From assembly GCF_026210795.1 (NCBI RefSeq), contig NC_089431.1, positions 3,038,001 through 3,102,000 of the forward strand: a stretch of DNA of 64,000 bases. Reading direction: 5' to 3'. The notes beneath the pieces were generated by a model. That model was not told the DNA's origin. It did no database searches and worked only from the letters and a program-made list of their open reading frames with translations. Each line of letters begins with the position of its first letter. Position 1 is the stretch's first letter. A program made the position numbers and the translations under genes. This document shows, piece after piece, positions 49,194-61,161 of the stretch. Source of the stretch: Rhizophagus irregularis. Its lineage: Eukaryota.

Positions 49194-51140
49194 TTACTTC
49201 ATTATCCAAGCTTGGCGTAGTATATTCTTGAGAAGATCCGAATAGGTCCACCCAATACCACGTGCGGACAAACTAACTAAGCTATCTTCGATATCACGTC
49301 CGGGGCGTCCGGGTCCTGTTATGTTCGGTTTCATATTTAAATCAAACAAATAAAATGGCTTCCCTTGTGCTATCCTACGACAATCAATGCGAATCGGAGC
49401 TAATGATTTTATAATCTGGCCAGCTCGTTCACAATCTCGCACAACCTTTTGATAGGTAGGATCTTGTAATTCCACACTATTTAATAGTTCACTATTTTCC
49501 ACCACAGCCACAACACCAGAATAAGGAGCAACACCATTGTGATGATTAAACCGTTTTACTGGTGGTAAGTGCCAATGATTATCAAAATTGGTACTTTTAA
49601 AATTAATATCATATGTACCAGGAGGCATGATAACAACAGTTATTTCATCTCCTTCCAAATATTGTTCAAGAATTAACGAATCTCCAAATTCATTAGTTTT
49701 AGAGGATAAAAGCTCTTCAGCATGTGCTTTGAGCTGTTCCATAGTATCGACTTTTTTAACACCTTGGCTTCCTCGTCCACGTATAGGTTTAAGAACAAGA
49801 GGGAAATTAATATTCTCTTTATGTAAAATCTCCACGGTTAAGTCATTTAATCCGTAAATACCATTCCGATTTTTGTATCCAATAAGAATTGAATTTGGAA
49901 CTGGAAGTTCATGACTTCTAATTAAATTATTAGTTACCCATTTGTTGTCATATTTTTGCGCTGCCTCAGGTAATTGGCCAATAATTTTAACATTATATCT
50001 AAAATTCAGTGGATGAGCATCAAATAAGACGGTATTCGCCCAAACTGTCTTTGCTCCTTTTGAAATAGCGGTATTTATTCCTTCCTCTGTATCAGGGAAA
50101 ACCCAATCCATATCTGATGAAGGATAAGGATTATCTACTGGAGTGACCATAGGTATGCTATTAGATTTTAATGAATAAGCAATATCTGCTCCGCTATCGC
50201 TATAACCTCCAGGTTTCAATGGTTTCCGAGATCCATCAATTATAGGAGGTTTCAATGCTTGATATAATATGGCAACCGGAGTAAATTCCTTAAATTCAGG
50301 GTTATATATAAAGTTAAACTGATATTTAAATTCTAAGTATTTCTTTTCGATTTCTATTAGATTTTGATTTAATCTAATACCTGTACTTATTTGATGTTTG
50401 AGGTTAGGAGTTTTCCGATCGTTTTTATTATTATCTATTAAATTTCTAACCGAAATATTGGCATCACTATTTATCCAAACTCTATGCATTTTTCGATTTC
50501 CTATAAATGCATCTTGACCATACAAAATCCTATAATTATCTAATATAAGGATTTGATTCTTCTCATCAGGAATGACCTTAATTTGGAATTCTGGGTTCAT
50601 ATGATAATTTTGATGTAGAAATTTTATGGCCTCACGAGACCAATCTGGCACAAATACTTTTGAATCATAACGAAAATGTACTCGAATACTATCATCTGAC
50701 ATTCTCTCGTAAACAGGAAAACTCGAAAAGGATTCTCCGTTTTGACAAAAAGAAATACATCCAGGTCTCATTAAAATCTCGGCTAACTTTGGTCTTTCAT
50801 CCAATATTGATTCTAGAACCTTCTTACTATCAACAAGTACGAGTTCTCCTCCTTTCACATTATCCTCAACATATTGAAGTAAAACCATTTTAGGAGGGCT
50901 CATTTTTGTACTTTGAAAAGCTTCATCCGTATGTGGAAAAATCACTTCCTCAATAACATTATTTTCAACATGAGCATGAATTGTTCCTAGAGCCTGAGAG
51001 ACAGTAATGAGAGTTGAAATATCAGAATCCCAGACTTGCAAAAAAGATATGCCCTTATCCTCTATCGCGCTTTTAATATTTAATACAGAATCATTGAGCT
51101 TATCTAAAGAATGGCAATAAATTAGTGGAATTTGCTCCAT
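49194..51140 (-). CDS. TauD/clavaminate-synthase-like dioxygenase domain fused to an ATP-grasp carboxylate-amine ligase, intronless, 648 aa
   Basis: N-terminal half: FPHTDEAF (HxD), GGELVLVD, PVY..FRYD, LDNYRILYGQ..GNRKMHRVW. C-terminal half: KPGGYSDSGADIAY, DNKW, VLKPIRGRGSQGV, EQYLEGDEITV, RIDCR, FDLNMKPN. Confidence 0.85.
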   Translation of the reverse strand: MEQIPLIYCHSLDKLNDSVLNIKSAIEDKGISFLQVWDSDISTLITVSQALGTIHAHVENNVIEEVIFPHTDEAFQSTKMSPPKMVLLQYVEDNVKGGELVLVDSKKVLESILDERPKLAEILMRPGCISFCQNGESFSSFPVYERMSDDSIRVHFRYDSKVFVPDWSREAIKFLHQNYHMNPEFQIKVIPDEKNQILILDNYRILYGQDAFIGNRKMHRVWINSDANISVRNLIDNNKNDRKTPNLKHQISTGIRLNQNLIEIEKKYLEFKYQFNFIYNPEFKEFTPVAILYQALKPPIIDGSRKPLKPGGYSDSGADIAYSLKSNSIPMVTPVDNPYPSSDMDWVFPDTEEGINTAISKGAKTVWANTVLFDAHPLNFRYNVKIIGQLPEAAQKYDNKWVTNNLIRSHELPVPNSILIGYKNRNGIYGLNDLTVEILHKENINFPLVLKPIRGRGSQGVKKVDTMEQLKAHAEELLSSKTNEFGDSLILEQYLEGDEITVVIMPPGTYDINFKSTNFDNHWHLPPVKRFNHHNGVAPYSGVVAVVENSELLNSVELQDPTYQKVVRDCERAGQIIKSLAPIRIDCRRIAQGKPFYLFDLNMKPNITGPGRPGRDIEDSLVSLSARGIGWTYSDLLKNILRQAWIMK

Positions 51141-52855
51141 TTTTACATTTTTTATGAAGAAAAAAAAAGTCACCAAAAAATTAAAAAAAAAATTAAATGA
51201 TAATCATCGCTTATCTCACATGATGATCGGAGACATTTAAAAATCAATTGTAAATCTTACCTAATCACTTACGAAATTAAAGTTCGTTTGATAGTTTATT
51301 CCTTCCCAAAAAGAAGTCGTCAGTTTTGAAACGTCACATTGTGACTACTGGGGGGTGATGATTGTCTTTAATGTCTTAATTACCACCGAAAAAATTTAAT
51401 GTTGCATTTCGAGCCGAAGAACCAAATTTGTCTTTACAATATGCGGTCAATATACCAAATTAACGTAATGAATAATTACGTAATTCTGAATTAATTTACG
51501 CAATTAATTTATAAGAGTATGGCGTCTACTATCGAGTTGACGTAATATTTTGCATAATATCTTCCACCCATTAGCCAACGTCTTTTAATTAAATTTTTTT
51601 TTTTTTTTTTTGACTTACCATATAAATCTCAGTAAATCGGAAGTTTTCAACTTGAACTCTTATCTTATTATGCAATCATGCCGATCTTGGTAGACCGTTA
51701 TTTTTTGCCAGTAAAAGGGAAGATAAAAATATGTATAAAATAATTATTACTTTTTATATAAAAAACGTAAAAATTTGGCATAATAATACAGTTATTTAAT
51801 GGGAGGGCAAGTCACACCTACAGGGTGAACGATATTTTTACCCAATAATTATAATTTATGAATATAAATATAATAATTTTTAAGGGGCGGAAAATGTAAA
51901 AAAAATCTTTTTTTTTTTTGAGAAATAAAGATGAATGCAACGAATCATATTAGATATAATAACTTCATAACCAATCAAATATATTCCTGCTAAGGAAAAG
52001 CCGGGGGTGATTTTAATTTGTAAAAGTAGATTTTATATCCGGGTTAAACTTTTTATGGATACAAAGTTACAAACAAAATAGTCCCGGTAATTTGAAAAAA
52101 ATTTTCTTTTTTGAGAAATTAAACCGTGATTTACACAATTAACATTAATTTACATTTTACATGATTTACATTATTGTACCACCACGCGTTCGAAATCGTC
52201 TGTGCATATTAAATATTCTATCTTTCAACGCGCGTTAAAAAATTGATAAAAGTAATATCAAGTAATTTATTTATAAATTGAGTAAATATCTAAAACCTTA
52301 AAATATAAATAAGTAAAAATTCTTAGATATAAAAACTTAAGATTACTTACAATATCTAATCTTGGGGGAGATTAACTAAAATTATTAATTAATTACTAAT
52401 TATTATTAATTTGAAATCTATTTTACATTACATTACCATAAAAAAATTGTGGGGTAATGATATTTATATGATATTTAATGATCGAAAATAAAATTGGGAA
52501 CTTAATCCTAAATTTATATTAACTTTAAAAAGATATAAATTTATCTTTATATAGAATTATAGTTATGCATCATTATTTATAAATATAAATATACCCGTTT
52601 TTGATTCGTAACTTCTTTTTCACATGATTAGCACAACATATTTTATATATGTAAGTGTGTATATCATATATAAATGCATTTGATTGAAGGGTTTGATTTT
52701 TCCGATTTTTCCGATTGAGAATTTTATTTAAAAAATTGTATTCTTTTCTTTTTCGTTATTATTTTCAAATATTGAATCTTTTTGGTACAAGTTATATGCT
52801 ATTTCTTTAGCAAGAAAATTTATATTTAAAATTACCTTATCCTTATTTTTCAAAG

Positions 52856-54505
52856 ATGGATTCTCCACAATTTCGTTATTTAAATAAAAAAGAATTATCT
52901 TATATTTACGAAGGAAATTCTAATAATGTAACACTTTCATCACTTTTAACACTCTCTCATCCTTTTAAATATTCTCAAATAATTCAATCAATTAAATTTA
53001 GTTTAAATAGAATTCAACAATATTATCCAATGACGAGATCATATATTTCAATGAAGAATGATAAATGGTGTTTCTGTGAAAAATCATTTATAATTCCTTC
53101 TGATTCTTCTTCTTCTTCTCCTATTCCTCAAAATTTTCCTCCTAAACAAATTTCTTCGATCGTAAAATCTGATATATTACAAAATGAAATACCTTTTAAT
53201 TGGATAAAAATATCCTCTTCAAATGATACTATTTTAAATACATTAGAAAATTTATGTTCACAAGAAATGACAAATGATTTTATAGTAGAAAATAATTTGT
53301 GTAGATTCACTTTAGTTACAAGTGAAAATTTTACAAATCCTTCAAATTCACAAATTATTGATACTACAAAAGAAGTTGGTTTTGTATTTTGTTTCCTTCA
53401 TACGGCATTCGATGGTAAAAATATATTTACCATTACACATGATTTTATTAAAGAATTTAAAAGAATTCTTTCAAATTCTCAAATTAATATGACCTCCGAT
53501 TTAATTATTGAACAAGAATTAAAAGAAGGTCAAATAAATAATTTAATTTTACCAAAATATCAAACTTTTTATTCAAATTTAATATTTTTTAAGGAAATAT
53601 TAATTTTAATTGGTTGGTTAATTTATATGAAACCACATAACCTTCCATTTTCAACGTCATCATCATCACAAATTCAATCTCAATTACAATCTGAGAAATC
53701 GGAGAAATTTTATCAAAGTAATCAAACAGAAATTAAAACGATTACATATTTTCATACATTAACAAAACAAGAAACTTCAAATTTAATTAAATTTTGTAAA
53801 AATCATAAATTTTCTATCACTTCATTATTATCAACTTGTATATCAGAAATAATTTCAACAAAGAATGGTTATAATACAGTATTAGGAGGATTAGCTGTTG
53901 ATTTAAGACAATTTTTAAATATTTCTAAAAAAATCAATGGAGCATTTAATTCTTCTATATTAATAAGACATCCAAAAGTTGAACATTTATTAAAAGATGA
54001 AAATTTCGATAAAAAATTTTATATGAAATATTTAATTAATAGAATTATAATCACTAATGATTCTATACAAAATTCGATGAAATCCGGTTTTATTTTTCAT
54101 AATTTAAAATTTTTAATTAATGAACCTATTAAGAATAATAATAATAATAATAATAATAATATAATTATTAATGAAGGAGAGGAAATCAAAAATAATTCAA
54201 TAATCCCTTTAGGTTACGTGTTGTCTAATCTTGGGATTTGTAATCAAAATATTTTTGATAATGATTCTACGGATAACAACATTATTACTGATTGGAATAA
54301 TGTTTTTTTATCTTCTACTGCAAAATCATCCAGGGGTAGTAATATTGAAGTAACCACCTTAACTTTGAATGATAAAATGTATATTTCTTTTTGTGCTTGT
54401 TCTAAATTTATTTCAGATGAGGATTTAAGAGATTTTGCAAATAATGTGCTTGATTTAATAAGGTTCATATGTGAATATATTTCAGAAAAAAATATTGTAA
54501 AATAG
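52856..54505 (+). CDS. CoA-dependent acyltransferase (Atf1/PapA5/condensation-domain superfamily), intronless, 549 aa
   Basis: Catalytic-type HTAFDG (HxxxDG) at 53399-53416; QQYYPMTRS; ETSNLIKFCKNHKFSITSLL; AVDLRQFL; LSNLG. Confidence 0.8.
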   Translation: MDSPQFRYLNKKELSYIYEGNSNNVTLSSLLTLSHPFKYSQIIQSIKFSLNRIQQYYPMTRSYISMKNDKWCFCEKSFIIPSDSSSSSPIPQNFPPKQISSIVKSDILQNEIPFNWIKISSSNDTILNTLENLCSQEMTNDFIVENNLCRFTLVTSENFTNPSNSQIIDTTKEVGFVFCFLHTAFDGKNIFTITHDFIKEFKRILSNSQINMTSDLIIEQELKEGQINNLILPKYQTFYSNLIFFKEILILIGWLIYMKPHNLPFSTSSSSQIQSQLQSEKSEKFYQSNQTEIKTITYFHTLTKQETSNLIKFCKNHKFSITSLLSTCISEIISTKNGYNTVLGGLAVDLRQFLNISKKINGAFNSSILIRHPKVEHLLKDENFDKKFYMKYLINRIIITNDSIQNSMKSGFIFHNLKFLINEPIKNNNNNNNNNIIINEGEEIKNNSIIPLGYVLSNLGICNQNIFDNDSTDNNIITDWNNVFLSSTAKSSRGSNIEVTTLTLNDKMYISFCACSKFISDEDLRDFANNVLDLIRFICEYISEKNIVK

Positions 54506-55301
54506 TTATACGAAATTTTATTATTATTAGTTTTTATCATGTGATTAATTATTTTTGACCAATCAGAGTACATAATAAAGAGTTATAGTGTTTAAAAAAA
54601 AAAAATTACCCAAACATTTCGTGTAGTCAAAAAAATGATCACTGGGTCATGTATCTCCCAAAAAATGTCTTTCTCGAAAAATATCCTTCAAGTGAAGTGA
54701 CAAAAGGTTAGTGTAAGATTAGTTTCTATCAATCGTAATATAAGCACAATTGTGTGTACAACGATCTTTCCTTAAAAATTTTTCGAGATTTCGTTGAAGG
54801 AATTTCTTGTGCGATAATAAAATTTCAAACTTTAGCTTTAACACGATTTATCAAATCATTTAAATCATTTTGATAAGGTTTTGGCAATAGTTACATACAA
54901 ATTTAAAGATTTAGAAATTTGAAAATGAAATGATATCATGAAATAATTATTTTATTAAATTTTTTATTTATAGAATGCTATTCCGCATGTTATAATTTTG
55001 GCGTATAGCAGGGATTACACTTAGAAAGGCTTCCTTAAATGATCTCACTGACGCGTAAGTTTAACCTCTGTCAATTTCTACACAAAAAAATTTTAATTCG
55101 TTGTATTCCAAATATTTTTATCAAAATACACCAACATTTGACAGAGGATATATCAAAATTAGAGAGATATTTAAGTATAAAGAACTAATAGATATAAAGA
55201 TTTAAAGATAATGCAATAGTGATATAGATGACATAGATGAGGTTTATTTATTTTATATTTGTTTGTGAATTCAAGTATATAATACATTTTTATTAACAAA
55301 A

Positions 55302-57251
55302 TTATCTAAATTTAAATCTATCAGGATAATCCATAATAAATTTAATGAATTCATCATGTAAATTAGGCCATTGCATTTTAATATAATATAGAATATTATC
55401 TTTTTCATTATGTCTATTAGTTATAAGAGGGTGTAATAAAGTAATTACAGTTTTTAATGTTGGTTCAAATCCATTTGATATAATATCAACTTTAAATACT
55501 TTGATAGCTTCATCAAAAGCTTTAAAACGACATAAAGCTTCTATATAAGAATTAAAATGATTTAAATTTAATATATACTTATCATTTGAATCATTTATAA
55601 ATAATTTCCAATGTTTTTTTAAAGTTGTAATGTCACCATAAATTCCAATTTGATCCAATAAAACTGAAATAGCAGATGATAAAACTTCACCAGAATATTT
55701 TTCATTTAATTCTTCCCATAATTCTAAAGTATTAGATAATTTACCCAATATTCCATATGAGAGCATTAATACAGGAAAATTCCTTATTTTAAAATCTTCA
55801 TCAGTAAATTTCATCAATTCATTTATCCATTTATATATACCATCTTTATCTTTCTTTTTATTATAATAAATTAATAAAAGTCTAAGATAATATGAATATT
55901 CTCGAATATTTATAAATTTAATTAATTCCAATAATTTTTCTGATTTATTTATCATTTCATTTTTCCAATATGATCGCATTAATAAAATAAAAGCATGAGC
56001 GGGTGGAATTATTTTTAATTCCATCATTTCTTGTAAAATTCTTTCCGCATATTTCAATCCATCATTCCAAAGAAATCCCACCATTAAAAAATATCCAATA
56101 TCTGAATTAATTTTAATATCTGATTTTTTTATCATATTAAAAATTGAAGAAATTATAGAATTTTCTATTTTTGATTCAAATAATCCTTTAAATAATTCAA
56201 AAAGGATTATAGGATTTGATTTTATATTTTTTGTTGGTATTTCATGATAATATTTTATTGCAATTTTAACTTTTCCTTCTTTAAAAGAATCTTCTATTAA
56301 TTGTAAATTCTTAAAACCATTTTGATCTAATTCTTTTTCAGCATAAACTGATATCATATCTCTATAAAAAAATGTCAAATTATTAATATTATTCCTCCTT
56401 TGTTGTAATATTAATAAATTTTTAAAAATATCATCATTAAATTTTATTCCACCATCTTTAAAAATTTTATAAATTCCTATTATAATATTTTCATTATAAT
56501 CATTATATTCTTCAATAGTTTGTTTAATTAATAAATCATTAAAAAGATTTAAACAAATATTTTCATTTTTAATTCCAGATGATATCATTCCTTTTAAAAA
56601 TGGTTTAATTAAAGAATTTTTTTTTTCAGATCTTATTTTTGAATAAAAATTTGTTATCAAATCTTTTAATAAATCATCATTTAATATTATATTATTAATA
56701 CGATATAAATTTATATTATTCCATAATAATAAAGAAATTTTATAATTATTATAAAATTTTTTATAATCTTTTTCATAATCTTCAAATAATTCAATAAAAA
56801 CGTGAACTAAATCTATTATTATTTTATCTTTTTGATCAATAAATTTTATTAATTTCATTGCTGTTTCCACTTTTTCATCTTTTATTAAAGAACTTAAAAT
56901 ATTTCTACTACCACCTGGTATTAAATCAACATCATAATCTCGATAAAATTGTTTACTTGTAACATATAATGATAAGATTTTATTTTTTTCTTCTTCAATT
57001 ATTGCTTTCTCAATTCCATCTTTTAATTTTATTAATATAATTTTTAATCCTTCTTGTCGTAATCGTTTTCTTTGTTTCATTTGTTGATGTAATGATTCTT
57101 TTCTATTTATTATATTAATATTTGTTATTATTGATCTCGTTATTAATGAATTTTTCTTCTTTATAATGTATAATGATCCTTTTGTATTGTAAAACTTTTG
57201 TGAAAAAGTTTTAACAAAACCTTTAACTAAAATATAAGAGAATGAATTCAT
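55302..57251 (-). CDS. Probable mitochondrial pentatricopeptide-repeat protein, intronless, 649 aa
   Basis: Basic N-terminal leader; PPR-like helices (YFLMVGF..AERILQEMMELKIIP, HFNSYIEALCRFKAFDEAIKVF..GFEPTLKT). Confidence 0.7.
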   Translation of the reverse strand: MNSFSYILVKGFVKTFSQKFYNTKGSLYIIKKKNSLITRSIITNINIINRKESLHQQMKQRKRLRQEGLKIILIKLKDGIEKAIIEEEKNKILSLYVTSKQFYRDYDVDLIPGGSRNILSSLIKDEKVETAMKLIKFIDQKDKIIIDLVHVFIELFEDYEKDYKKFYNNYKISLLLWNNINLYRINNIILNDDLLKDLITNFYSKIRSEKKNSLIKPFLKGMISSGIKNENICLNLFNDLLIKQTIEEYNDYNENIIIGIYKIFKDGGIKFNDDIFKNLLILQQRRNNINNLTFFYRDMISVYAEKELDQNGFKNLQLIEDSFKEGKVKIAIKYYHEIPTKNIKSNPIILFELFKGLFESKIENSIISSIFNMIKKSDIKINSDIGYFLMVGFLWNDGLKYAERILQEMMELKIIPPAHAFILLMRSYWKNEMINKSEKLLELIKFINIREYSYYLRLLLIYYNKKKDKDGIYKWINELMKFTDEDFKIRNFPVLMLSYGILGKLSNTLELWEELNEKYSGEVLSSAISVLLDQIGIYGDITTLKKHWKLFINDSNDKYILNLNHFNSYIEALCRFKAFDEAIKVFKVDIISNGFEPTLKTVITLLHPLITNRHNEKDNILYYIKMQWPNLHDEFIKFIMDYPDRFKFR

Positions 57252-57512
57252 TTGAAGAAAATAATGATTGAAGAAAATTGAAGAAAATAGTGATTGAAAA
57301 AATGAAAAAAAAAATGAAAAAAAACACGATCGATCTTCATAAATAACGAGTTAGGAAGATCTATTCCTTTTTTGTTATAGTCTCATATTTTTATTTAAAT
57401 AATAAACATAAACAATGATTTACAATCTTACAATATTTAGAACGATACATTCGATACAATAAAAAAAAAAATACAATAATAATTTAATAATACAATAAAT
57501 TAAAATGAAATT

Positions 57513-58211
57513 TTAAGAATTCAATGAAGCAATAGCATCAACTTCAATTTTAACGTCTAATGGTAACCTAGCCACTTCAACGCATGCTCTAGCTGGACGC
57601 GCTTCTCCAATAACCTAGTAAAAAAAAAAATTCATTTTACGTTATAAAAGAAAGATAACTTCAATTTTTTAAAGTCAATGGTGTATCCAACAGATTTTTC
57701 AATCGTTTATCCAATGACCACATCTGATATAATATTTTAATACGAACCTCTCCATATGCTTTATTCATCACATCAAAGTCATTCATATCTTTGATATAAA
57801 CCGTTGTTTTAATTAAATTTTGATACGAACATCCTGCCGCTTCTAATACTTTTCCTAAATTTTTCAAAGTTTGAATCTAGGAGAGAAAGTATATATATAT
57901 ATATATATATATTTAAAAACTATCAAAAACATATAAAAAAAAAATTACCACGTAAATCTGAAAATTTACCGTTTGTTCCCTAATATCTTCGCTAACAATT
58001 TTGCGTGTTTCTGGATCAAGGGGAATTTGTCCAGATACATAAACAAATCCATTTGTTACGACAGCTTGAGCTAGACCAAACTCATAGTTAGTTAGTTATA
58101 TCATTTGATAAAATAACTAAAGTAAATTATTATTAAAATAGTTAAATTACAATAAGGTCCAGCGGGGCTAGGAGCTTTATTAGTAGAAACGTAATTAATA
58201 TTTGTGCTCAT
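57513..58211 (-). CDS. RidA/YjgF/YER057c enamine-imine deaminase, 4 exons
   Basis: KAPSPAGPY|SQAV..VYVSGQIPLDP; NLGKVLEAAG..KTTVYIKDMNDF..N; RPARACVEVARLPLDVKIEVDAIA. Confidence 0.95.
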
Positions 58212-58791
58212 TTTAATAGTGCGAGATTAAATTTCTTGAAATTTTTTTTCGTTCCTTTCTTTTTTTATGATTTTTTTTTTATAATGAATTTCTTATTATG
58301 TTTGTTACCATCTCTCATTGAGTGAATGAAATGGGTAACGCTAAATTCGGCTTCGTAAATAATCATTTTACATTATCATGTTTGTTTATTTTATTGATTC
58401 AATAACCTTCTTGTTACGGAAAAATTAAACCTCGATATGAATCTTTTTTAATATTTATTATCTATCTAAATTCAATTTGCATCTAAGTAAATTTGGTCCG
58501 ATTACTTTTTACATAATTATTGAATAAGCAGCTTTGATATATAATTTTGTCCAAAAAAAAAATGGCGTTATAAAAACGCCAATAATTAATACTTTTATGT
58601 TAAAAAACTTGTAACTGCCCAACTTTATTCGAAATTCATTTTTATTTATTTATTTTATTTATAACTAATTAAAATCTAATCAAAATAACACACACACACA
58701 AATATTCAGAGAAAAATAAAATAATATAGACAGGTGTAGAAATAGAAATTTGTAATTAACAATTAAAAGGAAAAAAAAATTTTTTTTTTTT

Positions 58792-61161
<2,370 letters not shown>

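Noticed and set aside
54635..55205. Exon-like pieces (MYLPKNVFLEKYPSSEVTK|GTTAGT; FWRIAGITLRKASLNDLTD|GTAAGT; AGYIKIREIF..) downstream of the acyltransferase
   Set aside because: Could not be joined into a stop-free model and no family was recognised; possibly a decayed gene, so not called.
57513..58211. RidA as a member of the enzyme cluster or as the missing YjgF part of the Dph6-like gene
   Set aside because: It is an ordinary intron-containing RidA, separated from the enzyme pair by a PPR gene and 21 kb from the Dph6-like gene; nothing in the sequence links them.
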